Source of the DNA: Eledone cirrhosa
Taxonomy: Eukaryota
Assembly (NCBI GenBank): GCA_964016885.1
Contig: OZ024752.1
Location: forward strand, 35,278,001 to 35,342,000
Reading direction: 5' to 3'
DNA: 64,000 bases
Below are positions 27,057 through 40,427 of this stretch, one piece after another. The notes beneath the pieces are model-generated. The model did no database searches. It was not told the DNA's origin and saw nothing but the letters and a program-made list of their open reading frames with translations. A program made the translations under genes and the position numbers. The stretch's first letter is position 1; every line of letters begins with the position of its first letter.

Positions 27057-27536
27057 AACTCAGTTTTAATTAACACACGGAGAGAGAATTAATAATATGG
27101 TTATTTGATCCACTCGTCTCAAGATATCTGCCCTCGTTAAGTACGTGAAACGCATCAGCTGTTATACGTGAAACATATCAAACAAGCAATCAAATGACAT
27201 AAATCAAAACATACTGAACACTAGAAACTTAACACTTGCAAGAAATCAACGATATTCTATGGTGTCTCTGCTCTTTATCTGTCAGGAGTTACGATCAGTA
27301 GATAGTATCAGTAATGGAAAGACCAATGAAAACATTGCTTCCTTGGTCAGATTTGACGAGTTACAACCCCCGCGGCAAGCGAATGAGGTCTGGGATTTTG
27401 TCGATCGATTCCATTCGATATCAAACCAAGACTGTCTGAAAAATAATTCATTAGAGGAAAAGGTAGAATTATTTTGGTAGGAAAAATATCTTGCGTGAAT
27501 TCTACATTTTAATTTGATGAATCTTGAATGTATATA

Positions 27537-28016
27537 CAGGGTGGGCCAGAATTCATGACTCGCTTGTTAGTTAAATTTCTAAACATGCTTATTTCATTGT
27601 TATTGTATTGTTTTAATTTATTATTTTATTTCTTAATTTATTACCGTATCTTGTTCATGATCTTATGTCTGTATATTTTGAAGGTGCATGGCTTAGTGGT
27701 TAGAGCATTTGGCTTGCAATCGAAAGGTTGTGAGTTCAATTCTCGGACCGGGTGATGTGTATGTTTCCTTGAGCAAGACACTTTATTTCACATTGCTCCA
27801 GTTTACTCAGCTGTAGAAATGAGATGATAGGACTGGGGTCCCTATCATTAAATCACCCAAGACACCTCCAATGAGATATACCTTGGAGGAGGCCAGCTAA
27901 ACCTGCATAAGTGTGAACTGTAACAACATATGGTATTATATTCCTTAACTTGTTTTATAACATTTTGTGTTAATAAGATCTATAAATAATCGAGTCATGA
28001 ATTCTGGCCCACCCTG
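27537..28016. mobile_element. Tc1/mariner-type MITE with perfect 26-bp TIRs and TA target duplication; a CORE-like SINE is nested at about 27680-27830
   Basis: TA-CAGGGTGGGCCAGAATTCATGACTCG ... CGAGTCATGAATTCTGGCCCACCCTG-TA. Confidence 0.88.
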
Positions 28017-28408
28017 TATATAAAAAATCGCAAGAAATCAGTTGAAAAATGTTTTACGACACACCTCCCCATCATTGTTGATAATGCATGCATGGTCTCT
28101 TGAAGAAGTCGTATTGGCATACAGTGTTTCAAGGGTATTTTAAAACCTGGTGGAGCCCATCTCCTCTCCAGACTTGAATACAACAGATTTCTTTCTTCCA
28201 GAGAGAGGAAACGAGAAAGAGATATAGAGGAACAATCGACCCCAGAACTAGAATTATAGTTTTATTATCGATCTTGAATGGACGAAAGGTAAAGTTGGTC
28301 ATACCGGGATTTGAACTCAGAGAGCAGAGAGCTGGAACGAATACTCCCTCGATACATTAATAAAAAAATAATTATAGGTGTCCTTAAAGGAAAGTGAATA
28401 TATGTTAC

Positions 28409-28576
28409 CCTCATTTTTTCTAAGTGATCCTTTGGTCCAATTCCTGAGAGCATCAGTATTTTCGGAGATTGTATACTCCCAGCTGATAATATCACTTCTT
28501 TCTTTGCCTTTGCTGTGTATATAATGCCATCTCGAACATACTGGACTCCGATGGCTTTGTTTTTTTTTATAAGAAT
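28409..28576 (-). CDS. GMC oxidoreductase coding exon 6
   Basis: AIGVQY...KEVILSAGSIQSPKILMLSGIGP (GMC signature); phase 0 to 0. Confidence 0.95.
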
Positions 28577-28651
28577 CTGAAAGAAAAAAACCTCTACTTC
28601 ATTATGTAACTAAATAGATATAAACCTTTATTAGTTTTGATGATAGGAAAA

Positions 28652-29139
28652 TAAGAGGCTCGGCTAAAATATTCATAGGCTGACTATGAAGAAGTGATGT
28701 TAGTGCTGTTAAATCTTGCATGCATTAATTTCAACTCTTCTTATTAATGACTGCATTGTTTCTTTCCAGGTACTATACCGAAAAATAAACCTCATTTGGT
28801 CATTCCATGAGAGTATCTTGGTCAGCCTATGAAGGAGTGAAGCTAGTGCTGTTTAATCTTGCATGCATTAATTTCAACTCTTCTTATTAATGGCTGCATT
28901 GTTTCTTTCCAGGTACTATGCCGAAAAATAAACCTCATTTGGTCATTCCATGAGAGTATCTTGGTCAGCCTATGAAGGAGTGAAGCTAGTGCTGTTAAAT
29001 CTTGCATGCATTAATTTCAACTCTTCTTATTAATAACTGCATTGTTTCTTTCCAGGGACTATGTCGAAAAATAAACCTCATTTGGTCATTCCATGAGAGT
29101 ATCTTGATCAGCCTATTAACTTTTCAGCCGACCCTCGTA
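28652..29139. mobile_element. Mariner-like MITE with internal 143-bp triplication
   Basis: Imperfect TIRs GAGGCTCGGCTAAAATATTCATAGGCTGA and TCAGCCTATTAACTTTTCAGCCGACCCTCGTA. Units start at 28684, 28827 and 28970. Confidence 0.8.
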
Positions 29140-29334
29140 TATGTCGAATTTTATAAAATGTTCTTAATAGCGGGTACGATTTTAGAGAAACCGTATTTAT
29201 TACATGTATCTCATCTTATTTAAAGAAATACTCCCTTGGACTCTTTGTATATTAATTCAAACAAAATAAAAACTTAGCAAAATGGGTAAAGATATATGAA
29301 AATAATTCTTAAGAAAAATGCATCAATTAATATA

Positions 29335-29508
29335 TACCACATTTCCCAGCGTCGAAGACGTTACTTTTTTCCTAAAATAAGTCCCAAAAATCTACTATGC
29401 GGCCTCCAGGACGCAGGTTGTTTATTATTTTTTTCAAAAAATTTTGGGTTGTTAAAATTAGGGTGCGTCTTCGAGGACGAAGCGTCTTTGGCGCCGGGAA
29501 ATACGGTA
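29335..29508. mobile_element. Small TA-flanked MITE with CCGTATTT-type TIR
   Basis: TACCACATTTCCCAGCGTCGAAGACG and CGTCTTTGGCGCCGGGAAATACGGTA. Confidence 0.7.
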
Positions 29509-30396
29509 ATTCAAATCTCTGAATTAAATTACTATGAAATTTTCACTAAAATTAAAAGTTCGAATATCACAGCACTGCTTCGTTTATGTTATTAATTGTT
29601 TCTACTTTTGGCACAAGGCCAGCAATAACCCAGTACATTACTGGTACTTTATTTTATCGACCCCCATAAGGATGAAAGGCAAAGTTAACCTCGACGTTTA
29701 TGTTATTAATGCCAATATGTTATTATTGGACTGGGGCAACGTGAAATAAAGTGTCATGCTCAAGGACACAATTCGCTTAATGGTTATGGAACTAACCTCA
29801 CGACGTTACGACTGTGAGTTTAGCACCCTAACCACTCTGCTACGCATTTTCCACTTAAAATAGCAGAGTGGTTAGGGTGCGTGCCTCAAGGGGTGCAATT
29901 TGAAAATGATGTTATTGAGAACTATCTTCAAGTTTTACCTTATTACTTTTACACCAAGGCAACTTTGGCACACATAACTGTCGGGAACTCCTATCCCACC
30001 TCCTCCTCTTCCACACATGTTATTGTGTATCTGGCGCCACCTATACGCTAATTTGTTTACACTTTGCATTTGATCATCGCTGTTTTCATATCTAAGGGAG
30101 GGGCATATCAATTTTTGCGATGTTGAGGCGGGACATGGTACACCAAAGGTCGGGAACGACTGACTAAAGACAGAACTATGTGTTTGCAAGTTTATGTACT
30201 AAGTGTCTTCTCAAGGACACAACATCCACCTTGATTATGGAATTGAACTCATGATGTTACAACTGGGAGTCTAGCACCCTAACCACTATGCTACGCGCTT
30301 TCCATTTAAGATAAGTATGTGTGTTTGCAAGTTTGTGTATAGATGAGGAGGAGAAAGAAAGATAAAAGGGAATAAAATGAAAAAAGACCGGCTTAC

Positions 30397-30518
30397 CTTT
30401 ATTACAAGAGCTCTGACGAGTACATGTAAATTTTGTCTCTCCATAGCTGGTCTAAGAAAAGCTTGAGCTGTACTCCAACGTTTTCCATCTTTTATTGTTA
30501 CTGCAGCTTCAGAAAATC
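30397..30518 (-). CDS. GMC oxidoreductase coding exon 5
   Basis: GFSEAAVTIKDGKRWSTAQAFLRPAMERQNLHVL; phase 1 to 0, AG/GT borders. Confidence 0.93.
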
Positions 30519-31907
30519 CTAAACAAAACCAATTAGGATATTCTAAGCATAGATTCTAAGCTGCTCACAATCTTGCACATCTCTGAGGCGTTTCGTAATT
30601 TCTATAGTTTCTTTGTAGAGTTTATTAGTCTTTATTATTAACAGCTCATTTCCCTGAAATTAACTTATTTGAAAAATATCGCAGTCATCTTTCTTTAGTT
30701 TGTCTGATAAAAGTGATTTATTTTTATCTTTCCATTTTCATTGTTACGAAATAGCCATTAAATGGATGTTTCTATAATACATTTAGTATATCATACTAAA
30801 AACTAAGAACATTTATGAGATTAAGATTGTGTTACCAAAAACTAAAAATAAGATGAAAAATAAAAATCAGTCTTACAACTATTTTATTCATATATCAATA
30901 AAAAACTCATATAAAATGTTTCCCTTTATACACTGGCCTGTAACAATGTTGCTTTTTTTGAAGTTGAGGATGGCTATGGAATAATTTTTGGGCTTTGATT
31001 CCAAATACGACACCAGTTTTGATCTAACTCGTCAAATTTAGTCGCTAAAAACACTATAGGCTAGAGATGTGAGTTGACCCATTTTTTGGCATTTTAAGGA
31101 AATTACCCATCTATTTTTGTCGTTTGAAACCACATAATTTATTTAAAATTGAAGTAGTATCTTCAAGACTTTGTAAAGATAAAAGAGAAATTTATTTTTT
31201 TACAAATCTACGTTAAATTAGTTGCTACATTACAGTAAAATAATCGAAAAACAGGACTGAAAGTTAATAGGTTAATAATGTTTTCAAAGGGTTGCAATTT
31301 TTCGGGAGTTCTCCAGTGTGGAAAATATTATTTACTGTCATGATGTTAATTTCTTTTTAGTTATATGTCAACTATATTTCACAAACAAAAGTTATACAAT
31401 GATGGAAAATATTAAACAAGGATAAAAACAAAATTAAGTTATGAGAAAAGAGGGTGAAGGGGGTAAAGAAGGGCCGAACTGGCTGTAAAGGAGAGTAAAG
31501 GCTATGGCAAGGAAGGAAGAGAGTGGAGAGGGTGACACTCTACACCTAGGTTGGGGCGTGGTTTGTTAAATACAATGGAAAGTCAATATATGTCAGACGA
31601 ATAGTGATTTTTCATTGAAAGATCAAAGACCAGTTTAACGGCCATTTTTTTTTTTTCTTAATAAAAGAAATGTGATTGCGTCTGTACCGATTAGAGGATA
31701 AAATCAAAGTTATAAAACTATAAATGTGGTTCTGAAAGTTCAAATATTTTGGCCATAATTGGATGAGATGTGAGGATTTGAAAGTAATCTGCATACTGCT
31801 TGCAGGGGCGGACTTTCACTTGCTGGGACATTAAGCTATATGGAATTTGAGGCCCTTCTCTAAAAATATTCAGGTAAAACATTTTTTGTCATTATTACTC
31901 TAATCCA

Positions 31908-32141
31908 GGCGGTGGATTGGCAGTATCGATAGAGAGTCAGACACAATGCTTTGAAGCATAGAGTTACGTCCCTTTATGATCTGAGTTCAAATCCCGCCGA
32001 GGTTAACTTTGCCTTTCATCCTTACGGGGTCGATAAAATAAAGTACCAGTAATGTACTGGGTATTTGCTGGCCTTGTGCCAAAAGTAGAAACAATTATTA
32101 CTCTAATTATTATTATTTTTATATTAATGTTAATGATAAGG

Positions 32142-32190
<49 letters not shown>

Positions 32191-33100
32191 GTATGTAAAA
32201 GCTAAACAGAAATAACAACACAATCGGTACAGTATATGGAAGGAATATAGGTTAACGCTTGAAATAACAGGAAGAGGGTCTTAACGTTTCGGACGCTAGT
32301 CTTTCATCAGAAGAAAGCATGTGAAATTAGATAGAAAATGTTTGATGATTTAGTGTTAAAGAATAAAAACTAATGATAAAATAAAAAATATATTTTAAAA
32401 ACATGAGGCCCCGGGATGTGTGACCCTAAGTTATATTCAACAAACCAAGAAAACATAGCAGTTTCCTTAAATAATTGTTTCTACTTTAGGCACAAGGCCA
32501 GCAATTACCCAGTGCATTACTGGTACTTTATTTTATCGACCCCGTAAGGATGAAAGGCAAAGTCAACCTCGGCGGGATTTGAACTCAGATCGTAAAGGGA
32601 CGTAACTATGCTGGAAAGCATGGCGTCCGACACTCTACCGATACTGCCAATCCACCGCCCAGTTTCCTTAAATAATGAACTTGCAGAATCAATTTCGTTT
32701 TTGTTTACTCTACATCCTCAGACGTTGGTCCAAATGCTTACAAGAAAATATATATAGAACCGCTACATCTGATAAAGTCGTAGGTGTGCGGGCCTTGGGC
32801 ATTTTAAACCTGGCGGAGCCCTTTACCTTTTCAGTTTTGCAAGAGTGGATGGACCTTGCTAAATATATTATAGGAAAAAAACAAACATATCATTATAGCA
32901 TTTTCTATTAATTGTTTCTACTTTTGGCGCAAGGCCAGCAATTACCCAGTGTATTACTGGTACTTTATTTTATCGACCCCGTAAGGATGAAAGGCAAAGT
33001 TAACCTTGGCGAGATTTGAACTCAGAATGGCAAGGACCGTAACTCTATGCGTCAAAGCATGGCGTCCGACCCTCTACCGATACTGCCAATCCCCCGCCAT
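31908..33100. mobile_element. Three SINE copies: + 31908-32098, - 32472-32660, - 32910-33100
   Basis: Same family consensus as the 23700 cluster. Confidence 0.85.
32279..32314 (-). ncRNA. Minimal type I hammerhead ribozyme motif
   Basis: TCTT-CTGATGA-AAGAC TAGC GTCC-GAAA-CG-TT-AAGA. Confidence 0.7.
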
Positions 33101-33149
33101 TAATGATACTATTAATGATAGTAAGAAAGGACAAAAATATCTACAATAC

Positions 33150-33278
33150 CTTCGACTAAATCTCCATTTATATCTCCAACGGGGTAACCAAGCTCTTTTG
33201 CTGCACCGAGGAAATATTCAAGGATTGGTGTGACCCCTCCTTTCGTTACGATTAATGGTCCACTGTCATTATGGTAAA
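33150..33278 (-). CDS. GMC oxidoreductase coding exon 4
   Basis: YHNDSGPLIV...FLGAAKELGYPVGDING; phase 1 to 1. Confidence 0.93.
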
Positions 33279-34395
33279 CTACCAAATATAATTTAAAACA
33301 CAAAACATTATCATTAAACATATATTTAAATAACTTATTACTTTATGACATGATACTTAACAAAGCAAATTAAAATTCAAAATGCTGTATAATAATAATA
33401 ATTACAAGGGCAGAGGATGGCCAGTAGGATCGGTAGAGCGTCGAGTAACATGCGTTGTGGTATATAGTTATGGCTCTTTACGTTCTGAGTTCAAATCTCG
33501 CCGAGGTTAGCTTTGCCTTCCATTCTTACGGGGTCGATAAAATGAAGTACCTGTGATGAATTGGTGTTGATTTAATCGACTTTCCCCTTCCCCCAAATTA
33601 TTGGCCTTGTGCCTTAATCAGAAACCAATTACAGTTTGAATATAAGATTCTTAAGATTCTTAAAAAGAGAAGGAATCGTTAATGAAATCGAACCAAGGAA
33701 ACTATGCTAATATATGTCAGTCGCAAATCTTTATAGACGACATGATTTGAACTCAGTGTACAGACATGAGATACCGTAAAGCGCACACTCCGACTTTTTA
33801 GCAATTCTGCCAATCCAGCTCAGCCCATGGTTCGTTTACTTGATTTACTGACTCTGAAAGGATGAAAGGTAAAATTAACCTCGGTGGAGTTTGAACTCAG
33901 AGTGCAGAGAGCCAGCACAAATGCCGAGGGAGTTAATTCGATGCTCTGACATCTCTGCCAATTACCCGCTTGCAACTATATTTAAATTGGTTTCTAATTT
34001 AGCCAGGAGGCCAGCAATTTGGGGGTTGGTAGAGAACGTCGATTAAACCAAACCCTGTATTTAGCTGGTGGGGAAAGTCGAAATATTCAACCTGTGTGTT
34101 ATTGGTACTTCAACTCAGAATGTATAGGGCTGTAACTATGAAGCAAAGCATGTCAGATGTTCTACCGATTACTGCTAATCCATCGCCCCTGATTTTCAGC
34201 CTAATAATGGTTTCCAATTTAGGCACAAGGTCAATAAATTTGGGGGAGAGGAAAGTCAATCAAAATTTTATGGACACTAAAAGGATGAAAGACAGACACA
34301 TTTGACTCCTGGTGGAACTCTGAGCGCAGAAAAACAGAACTGCCGACTAAACAACATAAATTAAAATTCATAAAAAAATTTGAAGAATGTCTTAC

Positions 34396-34585
34396 CCGAA
34401 TTTTCCAACTCTGGAATTCTGTTGCCTTCTGATCTCAAAAAATAAGGCAAAACTTCGTCGAAGCTCCAACCTTCACAACCTTTGGCTGCCCATTCATTAT
34501 AATTGTAATGGCTGCCACGTTCATAGATCATAAAATTGATGCTACTAGAGCCTCCTAAAGTTTTCCCACTTGCCCAGTAGCTTTT
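34396..34585 (-). CDS. GMC oxidoreductase coding exon 3
   Basis: WASGKTLGGSSSINFMIYERG...W...GWSFDEVLPYFLRSE (GMC signature); phase 0 to 1. Confidence 0.96.
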
Positions 34586-34589
34586 CTAA

Positions 34590-35410
34590 AATACAGAACA
34601 TAATAATACAGAACATAACAATTGTTTCTACTTTTGGCACAAGGCCAGCAATTATCCCAGTGCATCACTGGTACTTTATTTTATCGAGCCCGTAAGGATG
34701 AAAGGCAAATTTAACCTCGGCGGGATTTGAACTCAGACCATAAAGGGCCGTAACTCTTTGCTTGCAAAGCATGGCGTCCGACCCTCTACCGGTACTGTCA
34801 AACCACCATAATAATTGTTTCTACGTTAGGCACAAGGCCAGCAATTATCCCAGTGCATTACTGGTACTTTATTTTATCGAGCCCGTAAGGATGAAAGGCA
34901 AATTTAACCTCGGCGGGATTTGAACTCAGACCATAAAGGGCCGTAACTCTTTGCTTGCAAAGCATGGCGTCCGACCCTCTACCGGTACTGTCAAACCACC
35001 ATAATAATTGTTTCTACGTTAGGCACAAGGCCAGCAATTACCCAGTGTATTACTGGTACTTTATTTTATCGAGCCCGTAAGGATGAAAGGCAAAGTTAAC
35101 CTCGGCAGGATTTGAACTCTTTGCTTGCAAATACAGAACATAATAATACAGAACATAATAATACAGAACATAATAATATAGAACATAATAATTGTTTCTA
35201 CTTTTGGCACAAGGCCAGCAATTATCCCAGTGCATCACTGGTACTTTATTTTATCGAGCCCGTAAGGATGAAAGGCAAATTTAACCTCGGCGGGATTTGA
35301 ACTCAGACCATAAAGGGCCGTAACTCTTTGCTTGCAAAGCATGGCGTCCGACCCTCTACCGATACTCTCAAACCACCGCCCTTACAGAACATAATAATAC
35401 AGAACATAAT
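34590..35410 (-). repeat. Tandem array of about 4 SINE copies (~194-bp period) with 15-bp ATACAGAACATAATA repeats
   Basis: Near-identical units start at about 34620, 34813, 35006 and 35190. Confidence 0.85.
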
Positions 35411-35719
35411 TATTGTGAAGGCTATGAAAATAATTTCTCTACTTCTCTATATAGGTACAGATATGTTTATATGGTTAAGAATTTTGGAAGTAGAACGCAG
35501 CAAGGTTATACTTCACCATATTTTCTTTTTTATGTAATTGCTATTATACATATTTCCATGGTATCTGTTACGTAATTGTAAATCACCCAGATACGATTGC
35601 GTCAGATATATACATACATACGTCTGTGTATGTATGTATGTTGTTTCTATTTTTAATATGAAGCTGTAAAATTGAAATAAAAAACTATAAAGAATATAGC
35701 TAACGTATCGAGTGTATTT

Positions 35720-35763
<44 letters not shown>

Positions 35764-36939
35764 TCTCTCTATATATATACTGTATATAAATGCGTGTGTG
35801 TGTATATGCATGCGTAAATAAAACAGTTCTTTAATCTGAATTATCATTGAATCTCTGAGAATTAATTTGAAAGATGGTCTTCAAGGAGATGACCAACAGT
35901 AAATATTTGTATCAAATGTTGTTTCTTTATTAGATTGAAATCAAAGCCCCCCCCCCCCCCCCCCCCCAAAAAAAAATTGTAATTTTATTTTATATCTTGT
36001 CATTAACTCTAACGATTATTTACAATTTAGTAGTGGTAGTAATAGTGGTGGTCTGTGTAAATAACCTGTGGCTTTGTGTCTCTGTCTGAACTTAACTTCA
36101 ATTGCAAGTTTATATATAGATTTAGTTTTTTTAAGAAAACAAACCTTGTAATGAGAAGATATTGTTTACGCAGATTAACAAAACAATATGATACAAGCAC
36201 GTTCTTAAAGCCAGTACAATGTTTATTTTTTAAATATGACTCTTATTTGGAACCAATTTATACAACTTATGTTCGTTTATTTTACTAAACAGTTTCCAAC
36301 TTTTAACACAAACCTAACAATTTTGAGGAGTAGGGGGGAAGTTGATTGTTTGTATCGACCCCTAATACTCCATCTATAAATGATGGAAGGCAAGTTGACC
36401 TCAGCGGGATTTGAGCTCAGAACATAGAGCCGTACGGAAGAATTACTCCCAAGCATTTACCCACCGTTCTAACGACTCTGCCGGTCCGTAGCCTTCTTTA
36501 TCTTAATAGCACACACAAAGAAATCAACATATGTCTTTAATTTTCACATATTTCTTTCACGTATACTTCAAGGGGACATATATAGGATTTACGTCTAGTT
36601 ATATGGGTAATCGTTATCGTTTTATGTCTGTTTTAATTCCTTGCTTGTACTGGTCCGACGAAGCCTGGATATTATTTTAGCTTCAAGGACGTTGAGTGAC
36701 TAAAAGTACAAGAATTCTCTGTGGACGAGACACCAGTTAATCCAGGGTTAACTCACAGCTGTTACTGGTGCTCATTTTCAGCTGAATAAACAGGAGCAAT
36801 GTAAAAAAGAAATCTCTTGCTCAAGGACAAAACACATCACACAGCCCGAGAATCGATCTTATGATCATGAGCCCAATTCATGAGCGAATAAATAAAAAAA
36901 AAAGAATGCAAAGAAATGGAAATATTTTTGTTATTGACA

Positions 36940-37368
36940 GAATCGGAAGAGCGTCGGACAACATGGTTAGAGGCGTAGAATTATAGCCCTTTACATTCTG
37001 TGTTCAAATCCGGCCGAGGTTAGCTTTGCCTTTCATCCTTACGGAGTCGATAAAATAAAGTACCAGTAATGCACTGAAGTCGATTGAATCGGCTTTCCCT
37101 TTCCTCTTCAAATTCTTGGCATTCTGCCTAAGTCAGAAACCATTATTTTTGTTGTATTAGCATTACTATGAAAATGATGTGTGTGTATTTGGCAGTGTCG
37201 GTAGAGGGTCGGACGCTATGCTTTGCAGCATAGTTACGTCCCTTTACGGTCTGAGTTCAAATCCTGCCGAGGTTAACTTTGCCTTTCACTCTTACGGGGT
37301 AGACAAAATAAAGTACCAGTAATGCACTGAGTTAATTGCTGGCCTTGTGCCAAAAATAGAAACAATTA
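36940..37368 (+). mobile_element. Two tRNA-derived SINE copies
   Basis: Match the family consensus. Confidence 0.8.
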
Positions 37369-37406
<38 letters not shown>

Positions 37407-37643
37407 ATAATAATAAAATTGAAGACTAAAATCCAAAGAGGGCTCGATAAGGATAAATATATATCAAATATATAAGAACCGTAGAGCAAATATTTATTAA
37501 ATAACAGATTAAAGTTTAAGCAAAGAATCGCCGTTAAGGGTGAAAGCAGCGATTCTTTGCTTAAACTTTAATCTGTTATTTAATATATATATATATATAT
37601 ATATATAAAAAAAATGGCATTAATGTTTTAATGCTATCATTAC

Positions 37644-37852
37644 CTTTCCATTAAGGGCTTGGCAAGTACTTTCTTGTGGTTCCGCAAAATATTGCCAGTC
37701 ATAGGATGATTTAAACATCTTTGCTACACCAGCTGGAATACTCATGAACAGACTATCTGTTTCAATGTCTCCAGCTTCTAACAGTAAAACAGAATCGTTT
37801 TCATTTTCAGAAAGTCGAGAAGCGAGTACACAACCTGCTGAGCCTCCACCAA
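37644..37852 (-). CDS. GMC oxidoreductase coding exon 2 (FAD-binding GxGxxG)
   Basis: GGGSAGCVLASRLSE...VLLLEAG...YDWQY..EPQ; phase 1 to 0. Confidence 0.97.
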
Positions 37853-38149
37853 CTAGATAATAAAACAACAACAACAACAACAACAATAAATAACAACAAA
37901 ATAATTAGAAACAGAATAGAATAAAAAAATTTATTTCAACCAACTACATAAAGAATAAGAAAAAAGAAAAAAATGTATTTATTGTGTATTATTTGTGCAA
38001 GTTTTTTTGTGAAGATTTTGTGAATGTTTTTCCCTGAAGAATGTGGAAGTTGTGATCAACAAATATATTGCATGAAATAATCCTAAAACATATCAGCAGG
38101 GATAGACAATTATGGTTTCTTTTATTTTATTACTATTTCGGTTATTTTA

Positions 38150-38495
38150 GAGAGAAGGGGTGTGTGTGTGAGAAAGTGTGGAGAAGAAAAAGAGGGGAGA
38201 TGAGAGAGAGAGTGGGGTATAATGAGGGAGAGAGATAGAGAGAAAAGAGGCGAGAATCAGAGAGAGAGAGAGTTTGTAGTATAATGTGGGAAAGGGGGAG
38301 AGTGGAATGGGGTAGAAAGAGGAGGGGTAAATGAGGGAGAGAGAGAGAAAGAGAAGGGGTAAATGAGGGAGAGAGAGTAAGAGAGTGTGGAGTATAATGA
38401 GGGAGAGAGTAAGAGAGAGAGAGAGAGAGAGGAGGAGAGAATGAGGGAGTGAGAGAGAGTGTGTGGGTAGAATGAGGAAGAGAGAGTGTGGAGTA

Positions 38496-38534
<39 letters not shown>

Positions 38535-38815
38535 TGGAGAATGAGAGAGAGAGAGAGTGGTATAATGAGAGGCTAAAATAATGTAATTAGTTATAAAGGA
38601 GATACTTTCTTACACAACATAAATATTCCGACATCTTCATGAAGCTACCACGGCAAATAAATAATAAAAATGTTATTGATTAACAATCCACTTTTCTCCA
38701 ATTCCTTTTCCTGAGTAAAGCACGACTCACACCCCACGCACCCCACCTCACACTCACACCCCACGCACCCCACCTCACACTCACACCCCACGCACCCCAC
38801 CTCACACTCACAAAT
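38150..38815. repeat. GA-rich minisatellite and a 27-bp x3 tandem (38724-38812)
   Basis: Read directly from the sequence. Confidence 0.85.
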
Positions 38816-40160
38816 CCCAAACCTCATGCTATTCATAAAATCTTCCAAACAATTTCTAAATATTATTCCTATTTTGAAGCCATAACTATCACATAATTAT
38901 AAGGGAAAATTTCCCGGGGATGTTTTTCATCTTAAATATCATTACTTTTGGCATTCTACCGAAATGTTACCATAAATTAATTAATTATTTCTTTCGATGT
39001 AACTGATATTGCAAACTCTAAATGATTCAATCCTTTTTTCCCCCATCTTGCATTCAGTTTTCATGACGACTCTGAAGAAAGTTGGTTGTTCACTGGTTTG
39101 ATTCCAGGAAATAATTTGCTAAATTACTATTTACGCTATTTTAATCTCGTGCTGAAGACCAAATCTCTCTCTCTCTCTCTCCAACCTGATTAGTTCTATC
39201 GTTGCTCTGGTATATATTGTGTGTTAGTTTGACCTACCACAATGTTCGATTTGTCAAGCTATTTAAACGTATGTTATTACTCTAAGGTCCTATCTTATCG
39301 AGTGCTTTGCTAACTCATCATTTCATATAAGTAGGCCGAATTCACTTGCAAACCGCCAGAGATTCGATTTTACTGATTTCCAATTATATATATATATATA
39401 TATATATAAATATATATATATTTATTTGGGTTTGTTGGTTCACCACTGGATAGAACTGGTCATTCTGTGTGGTCAACCTCGATGTAATATTATGGAGAGC
39501 ACTCAACGTAATGCAACTCACCCGTCTTCGTTTGTGTAGTTGGTGGTGCGAGTAGGGAGTTAATTATTATAAAATAACAGGAGGCTGGACTGGTGTAAAT
39601 CCTTGAAAGATTTATTATACTATGATCATTTCAATGACAGGGTTCAGTATGAATCCGGTGATATCATCAAGTAATTCAAAATATAACGAAGGAATATAAC
39701 AAATAAAAATCCATGGTGCTGAAAATCAGAGACAGGAGGGCGACCGGCAATTTAGCAGCTTCTACCTATGGATGGCCGTTGACTCTTATTAGTTCTTCCG
39801 CCCTTTATATATATATATATATATAAATTACTTATGTATGTAATATTATTTCTCTCCTTTGTAGATTTCAAACTTTCACATTTAACCAAAACCTAAGAAT
39901 TTATTTGTCTGCCAGTATTCCAATTGTTGTTCCTCTTTAGCTCCAGGTCAATCCTGATTGAGCAGATCTTCCTGTCATTTCCCAGTTTATGCACGACTAC
40001 ATTATTTAATGTATATTTCATTTCTATTTTTTTAATAATTATTTGAGGAAAATTTAGCTGCTATTACAACCACTTAAAGGTTTCCTCGATGGTTCGCCGC
40101 CGTTGCAGTTACAAAATATATTTTTAAACGTACAATTTTCTATATATTACTATTATCTTA

Positions 40161-40427
40161 GGCCCGAGTAATTGGACCTTCTTTGTATATAAACCTGTAG
40201 GTTGAGGAAGAAAGGGAAAATAATAAAGGAGCACTTACAAAACATGCTCCTGGAGTTGAGGGTTGTTCTATCTGCGAGGTGTAAAACAACCCATTTGTAA
40301 CGCCTCCTCCCGATTGTTGAATTTTTATGTTAACATTTTTTTTTTATACGATTGTATGTAAAGCCCTCGCCATATGTCTTTGTATTGCCCCATTTCTTGT
40401 GCGCCCTTGTGGCAAATAAAAAAAATC
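40161..40427 (+). mobile_element. Short 3' end of a Tx1-related LINE with ~20-bp target-site duplication
   Basis: Ends in GCCCTTGTGGCAAATAAAAAAAATC, like the 3' ends at 951 and 3794. Flanks are TATATATTACTATTATCTTA and TATATATTACCATTATCCTA. Confidence 0.7.

Noticed and set aside
30930-31320. Possible Tc1-like element (CACTGG...CCAGTG)
   Set aside because: The TIR match is too short and degenerate to support a call.
36650-36740. Hammerhead-like CCGACGA...GAGA motif
   Set aside because: Both core halves deviate, and the 3' part appears to belong to an adjacent minus-strand SINE.
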